A stretch of 64,000 nucleotides of DNA, taken from assembly GCA_001816585.1 (NCBI GenBank), contig MHCJ01000006.1, positions 40 through 64,039 on the forward strand, in the 5' to 3' direction. Position numbers and translations under genes: made by a program. Numbering within the stretch: the first letter of the stretch is position 1; every line of letters starts with the position of its first letter. Shown here in pieces: positions 48,064 through 57,407 of the stretch. The DNA is from Candidatus Chisholmbacteria bacterium RIFCSPHIGHO2_01_FULL_52_32. Lineage in GTDB: Bacteria > Patescibacteriota > Microgenomatia > UBA1400 > Chisholmbacteraceae. A model generated the notes under the pieces. The model saw only the letters and a list, made by a program, of their open reading frames with translations. It was not told the origin of the DNA and searched no databases.

Positions 48064-48513
48064 TTAGTCCTTACTCCCGACTCGTAAATAATCCTCCACA
48101 ATCCTGTTATGATCAAAGGCGAGGCGTGGGAGTTCATCCAAAGCGAACCACTTCGCCTCCAATGCATCATCACCGAATTGTAGCACCCCACCAATAATCA
48201 ATACCTCATACACAACGGTCACCCGCTGCAACGTATCACGGCGTGGATCGGAATAGACACCAAGAAACTTCCCCACTCGTCCGCTCAGTCCGGCTTCCTC
48301 AGAAAACTCCCTCAAAACCGCCTCCTCCGCATCCTCATCCCAATCCAAGAGTCCGCCCGGCAATGCCCACTTTCCCCGGTCCGGTTCGTTCCCGCGTTTG
48401 ATGAGAAGTACCTTTCCATCGGAAACCGCCAAGCCGTCCACTGCAATATTACGTAAATATCTGTTCCCGCAAACCCCGCACTTCTCCCCTCGCTGCAATC
48501 GAACGGTTCCCAT
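48064..48513 (-). CDS. NUDIX hydrolase.
   Basis: Nudix box GGLLDWDEDAEEAVLREFSEEAG. Confidence 0.8.
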   Translation of the reverse strand: MGTVRLQRGEKCGVCGNRYLRNIAVDGLAVSDGKVLLIKRGNEPDRGKWALPGGLLDWDEDAEEAVLREFSEEAGLSGRVGKFLGVYSDPRRDTLQRVTVVYEVLIIGGVLQFGDDALEAKWFALDELPRLAFDHNRIVEDYLRVGSKD

Positions 48514-48516
48514 ATC

Positions 48517-48553
48517 TCTAACTTTTAACTTTTCACTTTAAACTTTAAACTTT
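48517..48553. repeat. AT-rich heptamer tandem repeat, intergenic and overlapping the nrdJ paralog 2 stop.
   Basis: aacttttaacttttcactttaaactttaaactttaca. Confidence 0.8.
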
Positions 48554-50821
48554 ACAGTAGCTATATCCGCAATTCGCGCACGTCGCACACCCTTCGCTAT
48601 ACGTGAGTTCGCTACCGCACTCCGGACAAGCTGTCCCTTCCCTTGACGCCTTCTCTCCCATCGACCGGGGTACTTTCGCTTCCGCAAGGTTCAACACTTG
48701 ATCCGTCTTGCTTCCGTCCCGATAAATAGTAATACCCTTGCACCCGAGCCTCCAGGCCAAAAGGTAGGCCTCTCGGACATCCCGGGCACTTGCTCCTTGA
48801 CGAAAGTTGATCGTTTTTGAAACCGAGTTATCGCAGTGTTTCTGCCACGCAGCTTGAATCTTCACATGCCAAGGCCAGTCGATGTCGTGGGTCGTAACGA
48901 ATACGTCCCGCATCCGCTTCGGCAGTCCCCGAAGACCGAGAAGATGGCCAAACTTGCTGAGGTGCTTGAACACATCCTCCCTGGTAACAGAAAGGGGGCG
49001 ACTCGCAATCTGCGCCTCCAGTACTTCCGAGAATACCGGATCAACGATGGTTAACGACTTCGTTGGACGATTCTTGCGATCGTCCTCATAGAAGGTACGC
49101 CGGGTAGTGAGGAGGGAAAACACCGGTTCAATTCCCGAAGAGCAATTGGCAAAAAGACTGATAGTTCCCGTAGGAGCTATGGTCAGCATCGTGGCATTCC
49201 GATAGCGCTCCGACGTCCCCGAATAAAAGCTCATGTCAAAATTGGGGAACACCCCGCGCTTCTTCGCCAACTCCAAAGAGGCGGCTTCCGCCTCCTTCTG
49301 AATGAACTTTCCCAAATGATCGGCCATCTGAACAGCCAAAGAAGAGTTATAAGGGATTCCCATACGGTACAAAAGATGGGCAAATCCCATGACCCCCAAC
49401 CCGATCTTCCGATTCCCAAACCGTACGATCCGCTCAATTTCAGGCAGAACGTAGGTATTCGCCTCAATCATGTCATCCAAAAAGCGAATCACCGTCCGAA
49501 CCGTCCTCCCCAACTCATCCCAATCAACTTCCCACCCAAATGGGTCATCGGCTTTCTTTCTCCGAAGGTGCGAGGAGAGGACGATGGAGGAAAGATTACA
49601 GCTTTCAAAGGGTAATAGCGGCTGTTCCCCGCAGGGATTTGTCGCATCAAGCTTCCCCAGTGTCGGTGTCGGATTGTCCTGCTCTAGTCGATCCAAAAAG
49701 ATCATCCCCGGATCCCCGGTTTTGTGGGCAAATTCGACAATTGCCCAAAAAAGCTCTGAGGCCTTCATGGTTTTTTGCACTTCTCCCGTTCGCGGATTCG
49801 TAAGATTCCACGGCTTTCCCTTCACCACCGCCTCCATAAATGCATCCGGCGCGCCCACGGAAATGTTGAAATTTTTGATGTTTCCGTCCGTCGCTTTAAT
49901 CTTGACGAATTCCAAAAGGTCAGGATGATCGGCATTGAGAATGGCCATGTTCCCCCCCTGTCGCTTTGCTCCCTGAAGAATCTTAGACAGTGCCGCCGAA
50001 TAGGCCTGCAGAAAGTCAACCGGACCGCTGGCTGCCCCCGGAACGTTTTTGACCTTATCGCCCCGCGGCCGGATCTTCGAGAAGTTGAATCCCGTACCGC
50101 CGTTGTTCTTATGGACTAAAGCCGCCTCCCCCAACGTCTTAAAAATCGCCGCAATACTATCCTCAATCCCCAACACAAAACAGGCAGACAGCTGTCCCGT
50201 TCCCCCGTCGTTACCCGCCTCAAACATCGCCTTTCCCGAACAAATAAAGCGGAAGTTGACCATGCGGTCAAAAAACTCCCGTGCCGTCCGCTCCACATCC
50301 CGTTCATCCCCCCAGGCAATCTCTGCCTTGGCGATAGATCGTGCCACCCGCCAAAGCATCTGCCCCGCAGACTCGACCGGCCGTCCCTTCATGTCGGTAC
50401 GGACATACCGTTTTGTCACAACCGCAAGAGAGTGATCCGCCAAAACGGGTTCCCGGATCTGCCAAGTGTCTTTCCTTTGCCCCTTATGAGTCCCGTACAA
50501 AATATAGTACTTGGCTGTCGCAAAATACCCGGCTTTGGCTATCGCAGGTTCAACGAGGTTTCGTATCTCAAGAACGGTAACCAGTCGCCGATCCCGAAGA
50601 TCGCTACGGAGCACGTTGATAACTCCATCGATGATCCCCTGAGCCCCGGCCTCTGAATACTCACCGGTGTCCGATCCGGCTGCCACCACACTCGCCTCAA
50701 TCTTCGAAAGTAAAAATGGCTCAATCCGTCCGTCTTTCTTGCGAACCTGCAAAGATTTTGGGAAAGGTTGTTTGCGAAAACCGAAAGGTTGAACGGGTTT
50801 TCGAGGGTAAAGTAGCTGCAT
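48545..50821 (-). CDS. nrdJ: Class II ribonucleotide reductase, paralog 2, with an ATP-cone and C-terminal Zn-ribbon.
   Basis: ATP-cone (VRKKDGRIEPF), NLSSIVL, PTGTIS and CPECGS...C..C..C. Confidence 0.85.
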   Translation of the reverse strand: MQLLYPRKPVQPFGFRKQPFPKSLQVRKKDGRIEPFLLSKIEASVVAAGSDTGEYSEAGAQGIIDGVINVLRSDLRDRRLVTVLEIRNLVEPAIAKAGYFATAKYYILYGTHKGQRKDTWQIREPVLADHSLAVVTKRYVRTDMKGRPVESAGQMLWRVARSIAKAEIAWGDERDVERTAREFFDRMVNFRFICSGKAMFEAGNDGGTGQLSACFVLGIEDSIAAIFKTLGEAALVHKNNGGTGFNFSKIRPRGDKVKNVPGAASGPVDFLQAYSAALSKILQGAKRQGGNMAILNADHPDLLEFVKIKATDGNIKNFNISVGAPDAFMEAVVKGKPWNLTNPRTGEVQKTMKASELFWAIVEFAHKTGDPGMIFLDRLEQDNPTPTLGKLDATNPCGEQPLLPFESCNLSSIVLSSHLRRKKADDPFGWEVDWDELGRTVRTVIRFLDDMIEANTYVLPEIERIVRFGNRKIGLGVMGFAHLLYRMGIPYNSSLAVQMADHLGKFIQKEAEAASLELAKKRGVFPNFDMSFYSGTSERYRNATMLTIAPTGTISLFANCSSGIEPVFSLLTTRRTFYEDDRKNRPTKSLTIVDPVFSEVLEAQIASRPLSVTREDVFKHLSKFGHLLGLRGLPKRMRDVFVTTHDIDWPWHVKIQAAWQKHCDNSVSKTINFRQGASARDVREAYLLAWRLGCKGITIYRDGSKTDQVLNLAEAKVPRSMGEKASREGTACPECGSELTYSEGCATCANCGYSYCKV

Positions 50822-50881
50822 AGGCGATGAAGAATGGAAGCAAAAATAGCTTTATTAAATAACAAAGAACAAAGAGCCAAA

Positions 50882-52852
50882 CTAGGTCGAGCTGCAAAAA
50901 CTATAGGAGCAGTTTGGGCAAGTCGCACAGCCTTCATGAAAGACCATCGGCGTTTTACACTCCGGGCAAAGACCGCTATCTCCATTGGTCACCACGTAGT
51001 GATGGGAAACACCCCCATTCCCTCCCTCTCGATGCCCATTTCCGGAAGGGAAAGAATCTGCCGCTGCGACCATGGCTTTGGAGGCGGCAACGGTATCAAC
51101 GGTTTCCGACGCCGCAGTCCCTTGCCCCAAATGCAGCACCTGCTGATCCCGACTCCGATCCCGATAAATCGTAATCCCCATGCATCCGCTCTCGTAAGCG
51201 GAAAGGTAGGCCTGGTAAACATCCTCAACCGTTGCCGATGAGGGCAAATTGATGGTCTTTGAAACCGCACTATCCACATGGTGTTGCCACGCCGCTTGCA
51301 TCCGGACATGCCACCCATAGGAAATGTCATGGCTGGTAACGAAAACCTTTGCTAAATCCAAAGGAACGCCGGAAACACCTTGGCAGCCTCCCGTCCTTGA
51401 GACTTCATCCAAAATGCGATTAAAGACGGGTCGCTGCCGAACGCGCCGCGACAATGCCCGCGAAAACGCGGCGTTGAACTCAACCATCTCGGTCTTTCCG
51501 ATTTCAAGGATGTTGCGGCGGGTGTATGACAAGGCAAACAGGGGCTCAATGCCCGACGAACAGGAAGCTAAGATACTGATCGTCCCCGTCGGAGCAATCG
51601 TGGTAATGGTCGAATTCCGGATTGCTTGGTATCCTTCCTTCTCCCATCGGCTGCCGCGAAATGCCGGGAAAGAACCTCGTGATCGGCCCAGGACAACCGA
51701 TTCTTCACGAGCCACCCGTTCGATGAACCTGGCCAACCTCTCGGCCAAAACCAACCCGCGCGTCGAGTTATAAGGAATACCAAGGTCAACGAGAAGATCC
51801 GCAAAACCCATGACCCCCAACCCGATCTTGCGGGTCTTGAGAGACATCTCCGTAATCTCGGAAAGGGGATAATCACAAACGTCAATCACGTTATCCAAAA
51901 ACTTAACGGCCAGCCGTACGGTCCGCTCCAGTTTTCTGAAATCGACGCTCCTCTTTCCCCCTGCCACGCGGACGAACTTTGCCAGATTCACCGACCCTAA
52001 GTTGCAGCTCTGATAGGGCAAAAGGGGCTGCTCCCCACAAGGATTCGTCGCCTCAATCTCCCCAAGGTGGCGGATAGGGCAGGCTGCATTCATGCGGTCC
52101 AAAAAGACCAAGCCAGGATCCGCCACCTTCCATGCATTCTCACTGATAAGGTCAAGAATCGTCCGGGCAGCCACCTCACGAACAACTTTCCCGTCGTGAG
52201 GATCAATGAGGCTATACGTAGTGCCCTCGGAGACAGCCTCCATGAAGCGATCGGTAATCCCAACCGATACGTTGAAGTTCGTCAACCTCCCCCCATCCCT
52301 CTTTGCAGCAATGAATTCCTCGATATCGGGGTGATCAACGCGCAAAATTCCCATCATCGCCACCCGTCGACTCGAACCCTCGTTAATGACTTGTGCCATA
52401 TGATCAAAGAGGTCCATAAACGAAACCGGACCCGATGCCACCCCGCCGGTGGTCGAAACCGGAGATCCCCGCGGACGTAATTTGGAAAAAGAATACCCGA
52501 CACCCCCGCCGGTCCTAAGGACCAAGGCAGCATCATGGAGTGTCTTAAAAATACTCTCCAAGGTATCCTCAATCGGCAGGACAAAACACGCTGACAGTTG
52601 CCGAAAGCCATTGCGTCCCGCATGCATCAAGGTCGGCGAATTCGGCAAAAACTGAAAATCCGTCATGATTTCATAGAACGCGTGCGCATCCAGGGAAACG
52701 TCCTCTCCATAGGTTCCGCTTGCAGAAGCGACGCCATTGGCAACCCGCTTAAACATCTGTTCAGGGGTTTCAACGACATTCCCCGCCTGATCGCGACGCA
52801 GGTAATCGCGCTTCTTTAGAACGGTAATGGCATTCTCCGACAAACGAATCAT
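50882..52852 (-). CDS. nrdJ: Class II ribonucleotide reductase, paralog 3, with no ATP-cone and a C-terminal Zn-ribbon.
   Basis: Starts directly in the catalytic domain. NLGSVNL, PTGTIS and CPECKT...C..C..C. Confidence 0.8.
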   Translation of the reverse strand: MIRLSENAITVLKKRDYLRRDQAGNVVETPEQMFKRVANGVASASGTYGEDVSLDAHAFYEIMTDFQFLPNSPTLMHAGRNGFRQLSACFVLPIEDTLESIFKTLHDAALVLRTGGGVGYSFSKLRPRGSPVSTTGGVASGPVSFMDLFDHMAQVINEGSSRRVAMMGILRVDHPDIEEFIAAKRDGGRLTNFNVSVGITDRFMEAVSEGTTYSLIDPHDGKVVREVAARTILDLISENAWKVADPGLVFLDRMNAACPIRHLGEIEATNPCGEQPLLPYQSCNLGSVNLAKFVRVAGGKRSVDFRKLERTVRLAVKFLDNVIDVCDYPLSEITEMSLKTRKIGLGVMGFADLLVDLGIPYNSTRGLVLAERLARFIERVAREESVVLGRSRGSFPAFRGSRWEKEGYQAIRNSTITTIAPTGTISILASCSSGIEPLFALSYTRRNILEIGKTEMVEFNAAFSRALSRRVRQRPVFNRILDEVSRTGGCQGVSGVPLDLAKVFVTSHDISYGWHVRMQAAWQHHVDSAVSKTINLPSSATVEDVYQAYLSAYESGCMGITIYRDRSRDQQVLHLGQGTAASETVDTVAASKAMVAAADSFPSGNGHREGGNGGVSHHYVVTNGDSGLCPECKTPMVFHEGCATCPNCSYSFCSST

Positions 52853-52864
52853 AACCCTCGCTTT

Positions 52865-53335
52865 TTATGTGACGTGTTTTCCTAAACGCTCTATCTCCCG
52901 CTTAAAATCATCAATATCCTGAAAGTCTCGGTAGACGCTCGCAAAAAGGATGTAACCAACCGGGTCCAATTTGCGAAGCCTGGTCACCACCAACTTCCCG
53001 ATTTCCCAGCTTTTCACTTCCTTATTTGCTCGAGCTCTCAGCTTCTGTTCAACCTCTTCAACCAAAGACTCAATCTGTTCGATCGTTACGGGCCGCTTCC
53101 ACGTCGCCTTCATCAAACCTTTCCGAAGCTTATCCCGGTCAAACGACTCCCTTCTCCCGTCTTTTTTGATCACCACTAAGTCGAGTCCCTCAACCCGCTC
53201 ATACGTTGTAAATCGCTTCGCACATCTCTCGCACTCTCGACGCCGACGGATGCTCTGCTCATCTTCCGAGATTCTGCTCTCAAGGACACTGCTTTCAGTA
53301 GTTCCACAGTAGGGACACTTCATGGAAAATCCCAA
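52865..53335 (-). CDS. nrdR: Transcriptional repressor NrdR.
   Basis: N-terminal Zn-ribbon MKCPYCG...C..C followed by an ATP-cone. 156 aa. Confidence 0.9.
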   Translation of the reverse strand: MGFSMKCPYCGTTESSVLESRISEDEQSIRRRRECERCAKRFTTYERVEGLDLVVIKKDGRRESFDRDKLRKGLMKATWKRPVTIEQIESLVEEVEQKLRARANKEVKSWEIGKLVVTRLRKLDPVGYILFASVYRDFQDIDDFKREIERLGKHVT

Positions 53336-53359
53336 AACTGAAAAACCAGAGTGAAAAAA

Positions 53360-53409
53360 ACACTAAATATAGTGCTCTAATTCAAGCTAGGACACTAACA
53401 CTAGACTGT
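53360..53409 (-). promoter_or_regulatory. Two candidate NrdR boxes upstream of nrdR, about 33 bp centre-to-centre.
   Basis: acactaaatatagtgc (53360-53375) against the NrdR-box consensus acaCwAtATaTwGtgt, and a weaker acactaacactagactgt at 53392-53409. Confidence 0.45.
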
Positions 53410-53575
53410 CAACCACCAATTAATACATCAAACTAGATCGTCTAGAGAAAAGAAGCTGAAACAATGGAATCCCCGTATCCCCCACCAAGTATTCACTACT
53501 CAATGAAAAAAGGAAAAAAATGCTTTCTCAACATTTTATACTCAAAACTTAAAAAAGTGATTGATAATAAAATTC

Positions 53576-54889
53576 TTAAGATTGTACCCTTTCGCACCGG
53601 GGACAACTATTTCCGGTGTATTCCTCCCGACATCGCTCACATCGCTTCTTCCCATTCTCACTCCCGCAAGCGTCTTCCCCCCCAATCCAGCTTTGCGTTA
53701 TCGGATCCCAATATTGACCCGTATCCTCACGGGTCGACGGGTGAAATCCGGCAATTTGGATCTCCCCTGAAAGCAGCGCGTCCATATAACGATCAACATC
53801 CCTACCCTTCTCCTTCGCCCACTGCCGTTGACCAAAAGAGAGCATGCCCCACAGCGTTTTTAAAAAAGCGCGCTTATCTTCCTTAAGCAGCAACCCTAAA
53901 AGCCCTTGAGCATTATCCCGGATCAGCGTACAAACCCGCTCCTCTTGCTCTCGCTCTCCTTCAGCATCAAATTCGAATAAATAGCGTCCGAACCGCTGTC
54001 GAAATAATCCGTCTAAAGCGGCAAGGTACGGCGCCAAGACCGAGTGAACGTGCACATACTCCCCAGCAGTCGAAGGTGATTTCGGCAACCGCTTAAGTTC
54101 CGCGACTTCGGCCGGAAAGCGAAAGGAGCGGGGCGTGCGAACGAGCCACTCGGGAAAAATTGGGCTCTCGACAATCACATCGTCCATGTCAGACAAACGG
54201 GTCATCATGGCATCTTGGGTATGGCTATCCAAAGCATCGATCCCAAAATCAACCCCAAGGGTATGGATGTTTAACAAAAAGGCTCGCTCCCGGTTTGACA
54301 ATCTCCTGTCAACAAACAGGAACCATCCGGCTACCTCAACTTCACAGTCACGCTTGTCGACGACAACCAACGGATTAATGACGTTCCCTTTGGAATCGTA
54401 CTTCGCATACAACTCCGTGGGACTAATAATCACAACTCCTTCACCCACTTCAGAATCAACTAAAGTTGAAAAAGCCTTTTTGAGCCCTTCCCCGACAGCT
54501 TCGGGGTATTGATCAAAATCAAGGTAGCTTTCCAGCTGCTCGCCATATTCATCCAATTGGTAGGCGTAAACACCCCAAGCACCATCAATGTTTCGCATCA
54601 CATACCGCGTTAGCGGCTGTACGGTAAGGGCCCGCTCTCCCACACCATACTCTGAGAGCAGCGCTCGCGACTTGGCGCGCAGGCTCTCTAAAACCGCGGG
54701 CACACCAATGGCTATTCCAACGCGATCAATCACCTCCTGCGTTCTCCGAAGCTCATGATCGAAGTTAAAGATCTTGCCGAACCACGGCTCACTTCCAAAT
54801 CCCGTCCTCGGCAATTCCGCTTGTGCAACTTGAGCCATAACCATCTCCAGTTGACCTTTATTAAACTTCACGCGAGGGAAAGACCCCAT
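53576..54889 (-). CDS. Hypothetical protein with a C-terminal Zn-ribbon.
   Basis: 437 aa, ending in CGSENGKKRCERCREEYTGNSCPRCE. No recognised catalytic motif. Confidence 0.4.
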   Translation of the reverse strand: MGSFPRVKFNKGQLEMVMAQVAQAELPRTGFGSEPWFGKIFNFDHELRRTQEVIDRVGIAIGVPAVLESLRAKSRALLSEYGVGERALTVQPLTRYVMRNIDGAWGVYAYQLDEYGEQLESYLDFDQYPEAVGEGLKKAFSTLVDSEVGEGVVIISPTELYAKYDSKGNVINPLVVVDKRDCEVEVAGWFLFVDRRLSNRERAFLLNIHTLGVDFGIDALDSHTQDAMMTRLSDMDDVIVESPIFPEWLVRTPRSFRFPAEVAELKRLPKSPSTAGEYVHVHSVLAPYLAALDGLFRQRFGRYLFEFDAEGEREQEERVCTLIRDNAQGLLGLLLKEDKRAFLKTLWGMLSFGQRQWAKEKGRDVDRYMDALLSGEIQIAGFHPSTREDTGQYWDPITQSWIGGEDACGSENGKKRCERCREEYTGNSCPRCERVQS

Positions 54890-54902
54890 CTCCGCCGAAA
54901 AG

Positions 54903-54930
54903 ACGACAAAAAACCTTCCCGAAGGAAGGT
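54903..54930 (-). terminator. Intrinsic terminator.
   Basis: Minus strand: aaccuuccuucgggaagguu followed by uuuug. Confidence 0.35.
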
Positions 54931-55291
54931 TTGTAACTTGAACGCTAGCCCCTAATCGCTAGTCGCTACTCTGACTCCTGCTCGGGAGAAACATTGCGCC
55001 CACGACGTTCCTGACTTCCCCGCCCTTCGCGAAGAGCGGGGTTACAGTTGCGGCACAGCCACCAAGTCAGACTTGGTGACCCTGAAGTGATCCGCCAACC
55101 GGCGGATCTCCTTCAGGGCTCCCGACTAGACCTCGCAGTTGCCAGAGGCAACTTAAAGGGAATTCACGGGATTCCGTCGCGGAAACAAAAAGGTTGTCAA
55201 ATGCTAAAACCTAAAGATACCAGCCAAGCTTAAGCGGTGTCAACATGAGAAAGTATCTGAAAATTATCGCCACGGAAAAACCATAAGCCCA

Positions 55292-56032
55292 TTACCCATT
55301 CCCCTCATCTTTTTCATCATCTTTCCCTTCATTGCCTTCTTGTAGCTCCTCACCTTCGCGATCTTCGCTATCCTCAACACCATCGATCTCCTGTTGAATC
55401 TCATCTTGGATCTCACCATCCAAAGATTCTCCCTGGTCATCCACTTTGCTTTCGATTTCTTTATGACTGCGTTCGTTGATCGCAAGTGCTGATTCCACTA
55501 CTGCTTGTGCCTCATCGGGAGTTCGGGACATCACACCCAAAAGCACCTTCTCATGCTGTTCAGTCGCCGCGAAAAGTTGGCGGTAAAAATCCTTTGTGTT
55601 GTCTCCTCGGGTCTCGGCGAGCTTAGCCGCATCAATTGCCTGCGTAAGATACTTCTCTGCCTTCGTTGCCGTGGAAACCGCAAGTCCCACTTTCCCTTTT
55701 TCCGCCAAGGCTAAGGAAGCGGAAATGCGTTTATCCGAATAGTGGAGAAGGAGCTTGGCTCGCGCCAGTGGCTGTCCGGTAAACCACAATTGGATCCGGT
55801 CCCGGGTCATCTTTAAAAAATAAAGGGGGTGATCAGGCAGAAATCCGGGGTAAGGCAACGGGTACTCTTCCGTTTCCGGTTTCATTTCGCTCACGATGAC
55901 CATCTCCTCCTCTGGGGAAGAAGAGGCATCAGCTGCAAGCGTCGCCATTGGAGCCCGTGAACGCCAGATGGAAACTCCGACAACCAAAAGACTAAAACCG
56001 AAAAGAAGGAAAGAAAAAAAAGATCGTTTCAT
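55292..56032 (-). CDS. Secreted or periplasmic hypothetical protein with an acidic, low-complexity C-terminus.
   Basis: N-terminal signal/TM (MKRSFFSFLLFGFSLLVVG) and a C-terminal E/D-rich tail. Confidence 0.45.
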   Translation of the reverse strand: MKRSFFSFLLFGFSLLVVGVSIWRSRAPMATLAADASSSPEEEMVIVSEMKPETEEYPLPYPGFLPDHPLYFLKMTRDRIQLWFTGQPLARAKLLLHYSDKRISASLALAEKGKVGLAVSTATKAEKYLTQAIDAAKLAETRGDNTKDFYRQLFAATEQHEKVLLGVMSRTPDEAQAVVESALAINERSHKEIESKVDDQGESLDGEIQDEIQQEIDGVEDSEDREGEELQEGNEGKDDEKDEGNG

Positions 56033-56103
56033 GCCTTTCTCACCTCCATTCCGAATCCCATTGAAATCGGATAAGAAAAATCTTTAAAAAACGCTCCGGC
56101 CCA

Positions 56104-57345
56104 TTAGACCTTACTCCGAGTACCCAAATAGTCAACAATCACTCGGGCGTAAATCTCCGTGACCTTCCGCAAGCTTTCAAGATCGATCCACTCATTCACC
56201 CCATGATACCCAGCCCCGTCAGGACCAAATCCGGAAACCGTCGGGATGTCATTGGTAACCAGCATCCACGCATCACACCACGGCCCGGACCCCTCGATCT
56301 TCGGAGAAAATCCAAACACTTCCCTAACATGCTTGGCCAAAACCTCCACAACCTCTTCCTTACGGTCGATCTCAACCGATGGGACAAACAAGAGATCGCT
56401 AAGCTCATAGCGAAGACCGGGTATGGAGGTGAGCTTCTCGCGAATCCAAATCTTCACCTGCTTATCGCTGTTTCCTGGCATCAAACGAACATCCCCATAG
56501 GCAACACATTTATCAGGAACCGAATTGATAGACAGACCACCGCTGATCTTCGTCGGAAAAGTGAAAACCGGAGAGCGTCCGATAAAGGCCCGTGCCGGTT
56601 TATAGGGAATCTCTAAGTTCTCTAAAGAAACAATTGCCTTCGCCATATCCAAAATAGCATTCCGTCCCGCTTCCTTCCTCTCCCATGCCCGAATTCCGGT
56701 ATGGATGGCCTCTCCGAACGTGGTGAGACGAAAACGATACCCTCCCCGATTGCCGATGGCAATCTTGGAAGTCCCGGGCTTTCCGATAATCGCCGCCTTC
56801 GCCCGAATCCCCTGCTTTAAAAGGTATGCCGTCCCAAATTCGCTGCAGCCACCGGGTTCTTCGTCAACCACGAATTCAAGGATGAGTCGCCCATCCAAGA
56901 CAACGCCACTATCGATGAGCGCCTTGACGGCGTAGACGTATGCGGAAAGCGTACCTTTCATGTCGGCCGCCCCCACTCCGTAAAGCCTTCCGTCTCGGAT
57001 TGCACCGGAGTGAGGATCAAGCGTATATCCTTCTCCTGCAGGAGTCGTGTCCATGTTACCGTTTAAAATGAGGCTTTTGCGGAACCGCCGCGAACCGACA
57101 TAGCAAAGCACATTCGGCCGTTTTTTCGTCATACCGATCTTCCGGGATTGAAGTCCGAAAGACTGTAGCCGCTTGACGATGAGTTCGGCCACTCCAAGTT
57201 CAATCGGCACCTTGGCACTCGATTGATCGGGAGTATACGGATTCTCGCTTTTCTCTCGCACCAATACCGAAGCAAAACTGGTTTGCTCGGGAAAGTTCTT
57301 AGTAACGGCAGAGGAAATGCGTTGCCAAAGCCGTGAAGAAGCCAT
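56104..57345 (-). CDS. M20-family metallopeptidase (ArgE/DapE/succinyl-diaminopimelate-desuccinylase-like).
   Basis: 413 aa with metal-binding His/Asp/Glu motifs (...GAADMKG... and ...EEPGG...). Confidence 0.7.
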   Translation of the reverse strand: MASSRLWQRISSAVTKNFPEQTSFASVLVREKSENPYTPDQSSAKVPIELGVAELIVKRLQSFGLQSRKIGMTKKRPNVLCYVGSRRFRKSLILNGNMDTTPAGEGYTLDPHSGAIRDGRLYGVGAADMKGTLSAYVYAVKALIDSGVVLDGRLILEFVVDEEPGGCSEFGTAYLLKQGIRAKAAIIGKPGTSKIAIGNRGGYRFRLTTFGEAIHTGIRAWERKEAGRNAILDMAKAIVSLENLEIPYKPARAFIGRSPVFTFPTKISGGLSINSVPDKCVAYGDVRLMPGNSDKQVKIWIREKLTSIPGLRYELSDLLFVPSVEIDRKEEVVEVLAKHVREVFGFSPKIEGSGPWCDAWMLVTNDIPTVSGFGPDGAGYHGVNEWIDLESLRKVTEIYARVIVDYLGTRSKV

Positions 57346-57407
57346 ACCGTGTCCTCCATTCTACCACCAAGAGGGGAAAACTCCAAATCTTCCAGAGGAA
57401 GTAACAC

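Noticed and set aside
262-48553. CRISPR array
   Set aside because: The tandem repeats are 7-nt units in arrays under 60 bp with no spacers and no cas genes.
54931-55291. RNase P RNA in the 360-nt gap
   Set aside because: GAGGUCUAGUCGGGAGCC partially resembles the P4 5' strand, but no CR-II/III (AGGGUGAAA, ACAGAA) or 3' P4 strand could be found.
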